DNA of 64,000 nucleotides from Pseudovirgaria hyperparasitica (Eukaryota). The notes under the pieces are model-generated. The model was not told the origin of the DNA and made no database searches. It was given only the letters and a program-made list of their open reading frames with translations. Made by a program: the position numbers and the translations under genes. Location: NCBI GenBank assembly GCA_010093815.1, contig ML996595.1. One strand, 5' to 3'. This document shows, piece after piece, positions 13,979 through 26,620 of the stretch (positions within the stretch are counted from its first letter, which is position 1; the number at the start of each line of letters is the position of its first letter).

Positions 13979-15565
13979 ATACGCTTCTTATAAATTATAG
14001 CGCTACTTAATAAACTTATAGAGAATAGTAGTAAAATCTCTATAGATAGGCGAGTATAGCGTAAAGCTAAGTTGGTTAAGATATAGTTAATACTAGAGGC
14101 GTAAGATATATTCTAATTATTAAAGAATTACTTTATAACTATACTAATTCTTAGGTATTTTAATTCTAAGAAGTATATTTAGGTTAAAACTAACGCGTTA
14201 GAATTTATAATTACTAGAATTATTAGTTAACTATATAAAGATATAAAAGATAAGGTATAATAGTACCTAGTTACGTTCTTTTTCTATAAAATAGTAGATA
14301 TAGAGACGTATTATAACACGTATAACTAGGAACTACTTATAATTATTAAGAGTTTTAAGTAATAGTAATATTATTTAGAAGGCTCTATATATTAGATTAA
14401 ATTATTATTAGATTATATAAATCTACGTTACTTTATATTAACTAAGGTCCTTAATTACTAATAAGTATATTAGACTAAGTAGATATTAATATTTAACTTT
14501 AAAATCTTATATAAAGCTAGAAGAGAGAATAAAGCTAATCCTCTATCACGGTATAAAGATTATAAGAAATCGTTATAGAATAACGTAGATAGTTAGTATA
14601 ATTTAGACTATACTATACTTTAGATACTATAAGACTAGTTATCTAATAGAATACTAGAAGCTAGGATACTTTCGGCGATTCTCCGCGGGAATTAGAGCGG
14701 GTATTAAGTAATCTAAATAAATATCTAAGAAACTAAGAAAACCCTTAAAGACTTAATTAAATCTATCTAGAATTCTAATATATTAGTAAAGAAAGTTATA
14801 AGTATAAAAGGAAGCGCTATAGATCCGCTATAGTTATTAAGGTAGAAATAATAATTAGACGTAATCTACTTCTAAGGCCAACTCTACGTGCTAGAAGGCG
14901 GCTTATAAATTAATATTTTAAGGGAATAGTACGATTACATGTTAGTAGAATACTTTAGTATTATAAGAATAGTTAATTTAATCCGAAGAATATATAACTA
15001 GCTAGGTCTTTATAAATATATAAAGGACTATATAAAGATATATAATATTTACTAGTATACGAAAGTATATAGACACTTACTATATAGTAAATTAAGGCTA
15101 TTACCTATACTAAAGGAGGTATAGAAGGAATTATTAATAGATTTTATTATAGATCTACCCCTAAGTAAGTATTCTAGGTATATTTATAATAGTTTACTTA
15201 TAGTTCTAGATAGATTTATAAAGATATTATACTATATCTCTATAAGAAAGATAATCTAAGTACCGGATCTTATAGATATACTACTCTATAATATAGTTTA
15301 GCTCTATAGTATACTAAATAGTATAATTTTAAATAGAGGTCCGTAGATAACGTCTAAATTTTAGAAGAATTTCTACTATATACTAGGAATTAAGCGGAAA
15401 CTTAGTACTATATTCTATCTATAAATAGATTGATAGATAGAGTAGTAGAATTAGATAGTCGAGGCGTATTTACGCGTATATTATAACTATAAGTAGAATA
15501 ACTAGATAAGGTTAGTCTATATCGCGGAATTCGCGTATAATAATAGTCGATATATATTAACCTAT

Positions 15566-15937
15566 TGTGGAAGGCCGCTTCTATAGCCCTACATGTATAT
15601 GTCCCTAGCTCGATTACATGGCTTCATTGTATATTTAAGGAGGGCGTTTTCCTTGGTCATTCTACTCGGGGCGCTTCCCCCATTACTAATATTCGACTAT
15701 TCGACCTTTCCTTACGTTCATGGGCCTCTATGGGTATTAATTATTAGGCTTAGCTATTAAAGAATTAATTAAGAGTATTATATAGACCCGTTCTATTATA
15801 AAAGAGAACTAATAAGAAGTCGTGCGTTCAAAGAGAACTTATAATACCTAGGAGAGATACTTATAAGTTCGTCGCGACTACTATACTAGGAATATAGCCA
15901 TTTATAAAAGGGATACACGTAGCGATAGCTTACTATA
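15566..15937 (+). repeat. 5' LTR of element C
   Basis: Direct repeat of 26621-26992. Confidence 0.97.
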
Positions 15938-16399
15938 ATTTTAGAGGTTATACCCGGACTATAAACTTATAGGGGGAGATTAGAACTCCGAAACTAGCTT
16001 AGGGGAAGTATATGGCGTGCCTAATAAGGTAGTCTAGACTTACTAGATTAAAGCCACGAGTCCGGAAAATAGGGAGTCCGAAGTCGCTAGGGGCTAGCCT
16101 CTTAAAAGTAGCCGTAAAAAGCATGCGTATACTAATACGGGTAATAGCGCGACTCGAAAATGTCTTAGGGGAATAGAATATAAAACAGGGCTAGATAAAG
16201 TAGTAAAGAAGAGTTTAAAAACGATAAATAGAACCTGTTTAGTACTACTATAGCTGTTATTCATAAACACGGCTACACGAGTATACTACTTTAGAAACGC
16301 CTTACACGAAGATAATAACACAAGTAGGATACCGTGAACCTTATATCGATAAAGACAATAGTAATAGTTCACCTTATAAAGGGATTAGTTAACATGGAG

Positions 16400-19300
16400 A
16401 AGGGATAATAGATGTTATAGGTAGACGTATTAGGCTAACCTTTAGTTAAGGTAATCCCTTAGCTAATAACCTTACCCCTAGCGTCTCTACTAGTATATCT
16501 ACTACTAGTAATAGTACGATAGAAGCTTAAAATAATAACCTAGTAACTCGTAGAGAGATGCTTAACTTCTTCGTAGCATTTGCGCGATAAGGAAGGATAG
16601 TATCTCTATCTACTCTAGCCCCTAAGCGCTTTAAAGGAATAAACATCACGGCCTTCCTTTAGAAGTACAAGGATATGTATATAAACTACGAAGTTCCGCC
16701 TAATAAGAAGATAACCTCCCTACCGTTATACTACGAGGACTATCTCCGTCCTACTATTAAAGGAATAAGTAGGTTTTAGAAATAGTAGTAGGCCACGCTA
16801 CGTGAAGAATTATTAAAGGAATTCTCTCTATTTAACTCTACCCTCGAGGAAGGTACCATCCACTTTATCCGAAAATACGTGGAAATGGTTAAAGTAGACC
16901 TATCCTACTCTCTCTCTATGTACTACTCCCGGTATCATATTATTACGGAGAAACTTACGGCTAAAGGAAGCCTAAGCTCGTATTCGCGAATAGAGCTCTT
17001 CCTAGAAGGGCTACCTAATAGTCTTAAGGCTCGGGCTATAGAGAAATGTTAACTTATAATAGAAGTATATAGTTACGACTAGGTAATTATCTATAGCTTC
17101 GTATTACGAAAGGCTAGAGTACTTAAGGAACTAGCTCGTATTAATAAGTACTTAGCCGTACAAGAGCTGGCCATAGCCATATACTATAAATCAAAGATAG
17201 GGAGTAAGAAGACTAGCTTAGAAGAGTAGTCACATAAAGAAAGAAGAACTAATAAATTTAACTACCTCTCTCTAGTCGTAGTATACGTCGCGCTAGAATT
17301 AGATAAGTTTAATAAGATAGTAGAGAGATTTAGTAAACTAGACCTCACGTTAATTAAGATGAAGTTCTACTTTACCTCTAATCCCTTATTCCTATCCCTT
17401 AAGAAGTATAAACCTAAGCTACTTTCGGCTATTATTAACTAGTAGGCGCGAAGACTAAATCTTTTAGTATATCCCTAAGCACGAGGCATGCCTATAGAAC
17501 CAACGCAAGTTTATCCATAGAATTATATATAGAATAGAGAATACGTCTCTACCCGAGACTTCTAAGGAGGCGTTATAGCCTAGGATAGGCCTCGAAGACC
17601 GATTATATACATTACGTATAGAGGAGATTACCTAATATATAGATATCCGGAGATAGTAGAATATATTAGAGACGGATTACTAAATATCAATGGGGTACGA
17701 GTATTCTAAGGGCGTTTCGGGGTAAATGGAGAAGAAATCCTATTACTACCCTCCTTAGTAGGGCTATAAGCTACTCTATAAGCTATCCGGAACTACGTAG
17801 TAACGGTTTAAAATAGCCTAAGCTAGTATAGAGAAGGAGTAAAGGTTTCCATGTCTATAGTAAACATTAACGCTTTATAGGGAGTGCTAGTATATAGTAT
17901 TAGTATAAAACCTACGAAGGGTCTCTACTAGGCCTTAGCGGATAGCGATTCGAAAGAAGAAGTCACGTTGCCCGAGAGTAAGAAAGATAGATATATAGAA
18001 TTCCACGAACGCTTCGACGTGGCTAGTAATAGATATATCCGCGAGGAGATAGCTCTAGAAGAGCCCGCTATGCTTATAATATCTAGAAGGGGGATCACGA
18101 AGAGTATACCTAATTATACTAAGGAAAGAAAGATCGTCTGTCTCCGTGAAATACGTAAAGGGTAGTATATAAGGATTATTAAGGAATAGAAGGACGGCGA
18201 GAAGAGTAGTAACTAGAGAATATCTAAATAAGAGCCAACGGCGCCGGAGGATAAGATAGATAAAGGGGATAGCCTAAATCCTAGTTAAAAGGTACGTATC
18301 CGAGGCGTTAAGCTTAATAACTATCTACGCGAAGGATAGCGGCTAAGTATAGAAGCTAGCGAAGCATGGCTAGTGCGCGTTCTAGGGATAACTATAAATA
18401 TTACTATTAGCGAACTATTAAGCCTTAATAGTAACTTACGTTATACGGTATTCGAGAAGAGCGCCCCTAACTTTATAGCTAGAGAGGTCCACGAGGCTTA
18501 AGAAGAGAGAGCTAAGAAGAAAGGAAGAAACGACTATACTATGGCTCCCGAGATAAATAAACTTAATGTATTAGCACCCCTCTATACTATAGAGACGGCT
18601 ATTATATAACGAGATATTAATTAGCTTAAGGAAGGGATAGTAAGGCTAGTGGCCGAGTGTCCGAGGTACTCCGTGGAAGTTAGTTCTAAAAGAGCGACTA
18701 GTATAGTACTATTCGATAGTGGCGCATAGGTAAATAGCATTCGACTAGATGCTATAAGGCGTCTTAGGCTAGCGATATCTTCGCTTCCACTATATATAAA
18801 GAACTCGAGTTTAGTTAGCGCTACTTAGTATAGTACTCTATTCGTAGGAATAGTATAGTAATACCCTATCCGCATAGGTTAGATCGTTACGGCCACTTTA
18901 ATATTTATATATAGCGAACTTAATTATAACCTTATTCTAGGGGAGCTATATACTAGATAGACCTTACTTACGGTATAGAGGTTAGCCTCCGGGTAAGTAC
19001 TCTTAATAGTCTACTCCGTATATAGATAAGAACATATAACCTTTAAAACTAGTCTAGATAAGTATATTCTAGTCTTAGAGAAGGAGGGTAACTCCGTGGC
19101 TAGAGACTAACTATATAGTAGAGTATATCGCCGGAAGCCGGAGTTAAGCCGGATTATTAGTTAAGGGCTACCCTTAACTAATAATCCATACTAAATAGAG
19201 TCCGGTAAACCCACTAACGAAGGGGATAGGCTATATTTTTATACGGATATAGAAATAAGTTATATAGAGTTACTTTCTAAGAAAATCCGGCCTAAAAATA

Positions 19301-22300
19301 TTACTTAGTTATCGAGAAAAGATAACTTAGCCGCCCTAGTTACGGTGGTAAGGTACGCTACCTTTGTATATAAATAAGGCACGATAATAGAATAGCTTAT
19401 AGTAGGCTCTACCGGCCTCTAAAGACGGTATTTATCCGGGGTATTAAAAGGATTTAGTATGGCCACTATATATAAAAGAAAGGGAGTTAAAGTACACCCC
19501 GTAGATGACTCCGAAGCCTACTAAAAGGTTTCTAGGAATCTATTAGGGTATCTAGACTAGCGTAAATAAGCAATCGCACGGTAGACACTTCTTCTAGCCG
19601 TCTACCTAGGTCTTAACGCGTTTAATAGGCTAATAGAGTCTCGAAGGGTAACTATCCCGCTAGGAACACGTCTAACGCCTCTACGTATAAGTTAGCTAAA
19701 GATTAGAATAGAGCTACGTTCCGTAGAACTTAAGTTACTATATATAATCTTATTATATCGCGAGGAAGTACTAATATAGAAATTCTTATACCTTAGTAAA
19801 TTTAATAAAGAGGTAGTACCTCCGCAGGAGATCCGAACGGTAGAACATAAGATATAGTAGGCTAAGAACTTTAACATTCCTAGAGCCCTTTATAGGAAGG
19901 TACTTATAATTCTAAAAGAGTGTCTTAATAGCGGAAGGCTCGAGCCCTATAGTAGTCCTTATTAAAACGCCTATTTTCTCGTGGAAAAGAAGAAGGAAGC
20001 TAATAAGGAATAAGATTATAGGTTAATTAATTCGGCGATAGAAATTAACCGAGTTACTATTCGTGATACGGCCACGCCGCCCTTATATAAAGAGTTCTTA
20101 GAGCACTTTACGGGGATAGCCGTCTTAACGTTTACCGACTTCTTCTTAGAATATAATTAGATTCTATTAGTAGAGTATTACCAAGACTTAACGGGGTTTA
20201 TAACGCCCCTAGAATTACTACGTAGGATAATATTACCTTAAGGGGCTACTAATTTAGTAGCTTAGTTCATTAGAATTATATTAACTATTATATAAGAATA
20301 TATCCCGGAGAGGGCTCTACTATTCCTAGATAACTTAGGTATTAAAGGACCTACGACGAAATATAACTCTAAGAAGGCCCTACCTAGAATTCGTAGGTAT
20401 ATTCTAGAACATTTAATTAACGTAGATAAGGTTCTCGCGGATATAGAGCGCGCCGGATACGCCCTAAGTAGTAAGAAGACTTAGTAGTATATTAAAGCCG
20501 CTAACGTTATAGGATACGTCTACGATATTAAAGGGAGGCGACCGAGTAATAAAAAGGTTACTACTATTAGGGACTGGAAACCCTATAAAAACACGATAAA
20601 TATACGAGCCTTCCTTGGTGTTTATATATATTTCCGGATATAGATCCCCGGGTACGCTGTTATCGCATCGCCGCTATTTATACTATTAAAGAATAAATCG
20701 GCCTAGTAGTAGATAGCTAAGAAGTAGACCTCGATAGACGCGCTAAAGATAGCTCTAACTACTACTCCCGTACTAATAACGTTACGGTATAGGATAGGTA
20801 TAGAAGATATAATCCTAGTAGTAGACTCTAGTAACGTTAGGTAGGGAGCTACGTTAATATAGGAGAACGAGAATCGTAAACGTTAGCTATCGCGGTATAA
20901 TAGAGGAATATAGTTAAAAGCTAAGAGAAACTACGATACCGTGAAGCTAGAGTACCGAGCTCTCCTCTACGCGTTATAGAAGTTCCGGTAATACCTCTAT
21001 AGTACGCACTTTATTATAGAAATAGACACAAATACTCTAGTCACTTAAATTAACCACACCGTAACTAACTTACTAGGGGCGCTCGTTACTAGGTGGCTCG
21101 CGTGGATTTAGCTATAGAACTTTATAGTTAGGCACGTACCTAGGAAGCGTAACGTAGTCGCCGACGGTATCTTACGGATATACGAAGAAGAAGAACTACC
21201 AGACGTCCCTACCTTTAACCTAGACGAGTTCATGGATATAGCTCTATATATAGATATACTAGAGACGTTATTAATTAAGCCCGTTAGCGGGAGAGATTAT
21301 ATAATAGAGATACTCGACTATACCGCCATTAAGTCTCCCTTAATAGATAAATATAGCGATAAATAGTAGAGGATTATAAAGTACCTTACTATACTTAAGA
21401 GGCTAACTAACCTAACTAACCGAGCGTATAAGACCTTTATAACTAACTACCTAAAGTTCCTCGTACGTAACCGAATACTCTAGCGGAGAGGAGATAGACA
21501 TCGCTAATATACACGAGTAATTAAGGATCCGAATACTAGGGCGCGTATAATTACCGCTACTTATAATAAGATAGATTATAGAGATAGCGAAGGGACCCTC
21601 GGAAGGATTAAGGATAAGTATTAGTAGGTAGGTATACGTAGAGACGTGTGATAGCACGTGAAAACCTATAACGAATATTAATAATAAAGTAAACTCCTTA
21701 GAGGTCTTAATAAAGGGCTCCACTACGTTATAACGCCTATTCTTTAGTAAAGAATATACTTAGACGTAACGACGCTACCACCTTCCATAGGGTATAGTAA
21801 AGTAGTATCTATACGAGAATAGCTAAGCGGATAGACTAAGGCGGAGGCATGTATAGCGGCCACGTCTATAGTTATCGTAAAGTTCCTCTTTAAGAACGTA
21901 ATCTATAGATATAGAATCATTCCTAAAATCACCTATAATAGTAGTAGAGAAAATATAGGTGCTATAGAGGAGCTTCTCCGACTCTATAGAATTTATTAGA
22001 AGGTTACGTCTACGTATAATCCCTAAGTAAATAGAATTATTAAGAGAAGTTTTATACTACTCGCTAATGCTCTCGCGAAGATAACTAATGGCGGATTTAA
22101 GAACTAGCCCGGCTACCTCTATACGGTCGTCTAGGTAGATAGAATAATAATACGTGCTAGTATAGAGTATAGTACCGTATACCTCGTGCTCGGCCATAAA
22201 CCAATTATACCTATCGAAGTCGAATTCGAGTCGCTCCGAATACTCCCTTAGGATAAGGTGCGATTAATATCCGACTTACTCGCTCTTTAAGCTAGATAAC

Positions 22301-22821
22301 TTAAGAGAAGATCCGAGGATCTTAAGGAGGCCCATGCCTACACGATATAAACGCGTAAGGAATCGAGAGAGGTATAGAATAACGACTATTACCTTCGTTA
22401 AGAGTCGTTACTAGTTAATATAATTATCCTTCTATACGACTCATAGCGATAGAAGAATATAGGGCGGAAGCTAAGGTAGCATTAGAGGGGGCTATATAGA
22501 ATCTAGTCCGTGTTTAATTATACCTATAAGCTCGCGGAGCTTAATAGAGCTATACTTAGAGGGACGTTTCCTAGCTATAGGTTAAAGAAATATTTTATAA
22601 GAAATATAAGTAACGAGAGTTACAACGAGCCCTCACGACTACTAATTAGAAGAATTACTAAGGAAAATAAGGAGAGTAGCGATAAGAAAAACTATTATAA
22701 ATAACTTATGGAACACCTCGACGACGCCATACGAACCTAGGTAGAAGTGGTAATTCCTACTCTATAAGACTTTAATAGAGAAGAATATTTACGTTTCCCT
22801 AGAATCGATATCTTCTTCTAG
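16400..22821 (+). pseudogene. gag-pol of element C (RIP-inactivated; start approximate)
   Basis: All in one frame: gag APKRF.G.NITAFL (~16620), Zn knuckle ~17608-17646, protease LFDSGA (18709-18726), RT FLDD (20323-20334), RNaseH VDSS..G.G, integrase HHCC (~21560-21680) and NPQ.NG..ER, GPYRI ~22487; no chromodomain seen. Confidence 0.92.
19151..19187. repeat. Same palindrome, in frame inside pol of element C (between PR and RT)
   Basis: GGATTATTAGTTAAGGG-CTA-CCCTTAACTAATAATCC. Confidence 0.95.
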
Positions 22822-22874
22822 GGGATAGAAGTTTTTTTAAGAAGGGAAGGGATACTTATAAAAGTAGTCTCATA

Positions 22875-22950
22875 ACGATAAACTCTATTATCGAAAAAGG
22901 ACGATAAACTCTATTATCGAAAGAGGATAATGAACTCTATTATTACTATA
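22875..22950 (+). repeat. ~26-bp tandem repeat x3 (CGATAAACTCTATTATCGAAAAAGGA)
   Basis: Directly visible units downstream of the pol stop of element C. Confidence 0.8.
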
Positions 22951-23177
22951 AAATAATAAAACTTATTATTAAAGTAAGTAATACTCGAAAGAAGATATAA
23001 TGGCGTTTACACGAATTCCACCTACTATACATTAAAGCCGGTCGTGTAATCGAAGCCCACCTATTGAAGGCCTATTTTATTACTATGGAACGGGCCCCGT
23101 TAGAAACTAATAAGGAAGAAAAGAAGAAGGAGATATAGGAGAAAAAGATACTTATAGAAAGTCTTATAAGGATAAGA

Positions 23178-23345
23178 ATATACCCGGTATCTATTTATTT
23201 ATAGATTCCGCCATATACCCGGTAGATACATTTATTCATAGATTTCCTATATACCTAGTATATATTCATTTATAGATTCGACACGTATACGGGCCTACGG
23301 CTATTAGTAAGGATCATTTATAAAAATTACTATATACCCGGCATT
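23178..23345 (+). repeat. Degenerate ~33-36-bp tandem repeat (TATACCCGG...ATTTATTCATAGATT)
   Basis: 3-4 visible units upstream of the extra ORF. Confidence 0.7.
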
Positions 23346-23500
23346 CGAGGAGGTATAAAAAGAGAACTTAAGATAGTATATAACTCTTCCCTCTTATACC
23401 TCTCTATACCTTCTTAATTAATAAAACCTCCTCCTCTACTTCCGCCTCGCTTAACTACCTCTTCTTAGAACGTAACTCGCCGATAGAACCGATAATAATA

Positions 23501-26434
23501 ATAGCCCCGCCGAAAAAGAAAACGCCTACCCGTGAAGAGTTATAAGATCGTTAAGTACTAATAAGATAGACGCGGTCCTAGTTAAGAGTCGTAAGTACTA
23601 AAGTAGGGCCATTAACGGCTATCATGGTATTAAGGCTATCTACTACTCCGTACGGATAGGCTATAGAAGCTACGGAAGTAAATAAGTCTACTATTAACCG
23701 AATTATCGCTATCTAGGACCCGTAAGAGCGATAGAACTATATTCTAGACACGTTTAATAATCTCCTTTATATTACTAGCCTTATAGAATAGCTCTTAAGT
23801 AGTATAGTTAACCTCTTCTAGGAAGTAGGAGCCGTAATAGGGTATAGTAAGGCAAAGATTAACTCCTCTATTCCGAAAGAAGTCTACGAGATAATTCGTT
23901 ATAGAAGAGATACTAACTCTAGTATTCTAAAAGCTAAAAATACAATCCTATAAAACTAGCGAAAGGACCTCTCTAATAACGATAGCTAGTTACTCTAATC
24001 CGCCCTCGGATAGCTCTAGTAAACATAGAACTTTATAGAAAAGCTAGTAGCGCTCTTATAAATGCGGATATAGGCGAGAGCGAGGAACTAGTTAAACGTA
24101 TCTCTATAGTCCCGAATCGGCTAGGGATAGAAGGGAAGGAGAATTAAGGTATATCTTTAGAGCTCTAATATCGATACCGCCCTAGCTAGCGATAGTAATA
24201 AGGACGGTCTATCTCTCTAGTAACTCTCGAACTACCCTAGCCGATAAAATAAACTAACGTTCTATAATAAGACGGGACTTATTATCCCCGCTAGTTAATA
24301 GTTACGGATAAGTAGAATGGTTTATAGGCCCGTCGAATACTACCTATAAATTAAAGAGATAAGTATATTACCTCCGTCTTAGACCTTACCATCGCTAAAA
24401 CTAGCGTAGATAACGCCTACGGTAAAGTCCCCTCCACGAAGTACGCCTTCTAGTTTAGTAGTACGTCGTCTCTTCGAAGCTAGTCGTCCGTTTAAAGTAA
24501 GTATTTCTTCTACTACTACTAGTATACGTCCCTTACCGGGCTATGCGAGAACCTCTTTAGTACCTATTATAGCTACGCTGATAAAACCTACTCGTAGACG
24601 TGCCTTATCTACTAGCCCTTAGTAATTACTAGGGGCGCCTATACGATAATCCCCGGTTATTCTTAGTTCGTACTCTAAGATAATAGTATTAGTTAAGGAA
24701 GAGGACGAGCCTAAGAAGTATTAATACGCGCCTTTAGTAACGAAGACTTTTAAGGTAGCTATATTATTAAAGAAGAATTTCATAAGTATTAAGGGAATGG
24801 CCCTACTAGTACGCTAGAAAGCGTAGATAGGTAATATGGCTATTCCGTATAAAGTCTACTATAAGCATTACTAAGACGTAGCTAGAAAGAATAATATACT
24901 TATTAGCGTGTCCTACTTAAACCTAGTAGCGAGACTTAAAATAGTATATAAGTTTAGAGATAACGTGGGGGCCCTTAAAGTTTATAAGAACTACTATACC
25001 TAGTTCGCGAAGTACGCGCGGCCACCTTATCCGATAGAGGTATTAGGTATCTATTATTACTAGACCCTAGAGACCCCGAAGTAAGTCATTAATATTAAAA
25101 CCATTCTTACTAGTATTATATTTATAATTTAGAAGGAGGACGGTAGAATAGATAGGTAACTCTTTAATAAGTAGGAATGTACTAGAAGTATTAATATTAA
25201 AGGGCTCTTTAAGCTACTTAAAAAGACGACCTCTATACTTAATAAGAGTATCCTAGAACTCGCGAGGGATGAATTTAATATATATAAGTACTACTAGCGC
25301 ATGTTTAATAAGAAATCGAACTACGGCTGGCTACGAACTATATACTACTCCTATATCTAATAGTTTATTAGGTAATGTCTACTTTACTAGCTTACCTATA
25401 TTGCTCTTTAGCCCGATCTTAACTACTATCTAATCTCGTACCCGTACTATGCGAAGTCCTAGGATAGGGGTGATAAGACGGGTTTCAAGTATCTCGATAA
25501 CGCTATTAATCGAATCCTCGATCCTAGCAATAGACACGGGTTTAATATAATCTAGAGGAGTATTAGTCTCGACGATAAACGAAGTAACAACTATACTATA
25601 ATCGTTCCCTACTTCTATAAGTTCTTAAATAAATAGTAGTTAAAGGCTAAGCTCCGCGAGGGGGTTAATCGAAACGGTATAATTACGGCTATTAACGATA
25701 AGATCTATAATACGGACGATAAGAAATGATTTAGTCCCTTCGTCCTAGTCCCCTACTAGTCCCTTAAAGTACGTATCTCTAGCCTACTAATAATATACGG
25801 TACCTAGGGTCCCGTAAAGGGTGGAAGACGTATAATACTTCTATGGTATATCGCGGTTGGCCCTAATTACATAATAATAGAAGTACCTAAAATAGGCATA
25901 TAGGAATAACTCGTAGTAGCTTATAGGAATTTAACTCTAGGACCCATGTCTCCGTTAGGATTTTCTAATAAATATAGCGCGATTTCTTTTGCCTTCCTAG
26001 CCGTAGTTTAACTCCCGAGTTTTAACGCCGTTAGTAATATATTAGTCGGCCGTAAAAGATAGGATAGCTAGGAGGTAAAAGAAGAGGTAGCTATATAGCT
26101 TAATGTAAGTTCTTAATAACTTAAAGCTAAGGTAGACGCCTAGTTTAAGGAGGGCTCGAGGGTATTCGTAGAGACCTTTAAGAAAATAGTAAGGTAGAAA
26201 AGGCTAGTCTATAGGGATAGGTCGTTCTAGAAGGAATTTAATAAGGCGCGTGCCGCTAAGCGGCTAATTAATTTTAAGAAATTCGAGTCTAACGCGGGCC
26301 TAGATAACGTTAAAGAGAACTTCTATAGATAGGAGAGGCCTAACGAACTATCCGATAAGGAGGAATCTAACCTCTCTAAGATAAGCGACACGATTCTTTA
26401 GGAGCTAGCTCGTGACCTTAACTACTAAGATTAG
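23501..26434 (+). pseudogene. Extra ORF of element C, ~975 codons, C-terminal PhyH-like 2OG-Fe(II) dioxygenase domain (RIP-damaged)
   Basis: Same frame at every point checked from (M)APPKKK at 23501 to an acidic tail ending ~26428-26434; de-RIPped F-K-H-L-D (25484-25498), IQGSISLDD...NCT.IVP.FHK, IHGT (His codon 25796) and R-R at 25826-25831. Confidence 0.78.
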
Positions 26435-26453
26435 GTGTCTAAAAACCTACCTA

Positions 26454-26486
26454 ATTATTAGTTAAGGGCTACCCTTAACTAATAAT
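26454..26486. repeat. Same palindrome, just after the extra ORF of element C
   Basis: ATTATTAGTTAAGGG-CTA-CCCTTAACTAATAAT. Confidence 0.95.
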
Positions 26487-26620
26487 CTAGGCTAAGGTTT
26501 ACCCGCGCCGAGAGGTTTACTAGAGGCGCATTTTATTCGTATTAAGGTCTTTCTTTTAGGCGTTCTTCACACGGTTACTATACTACTAAGGGTAGTAGTT
26601 CTATGGGCCGGGGAGGTATA

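Noticed and set aside
22875..23345. Repeat arrays as a possible CRISPR
   Set aside because: Head-to-tail tandem units without unique spacers, eukaryotic TE context, no cas genes
23501..26434. Extra ORF as an env gene
   Set aside because: No signal peptide or TM segment evident; basic N-terminus and dioxygenase motifs instead
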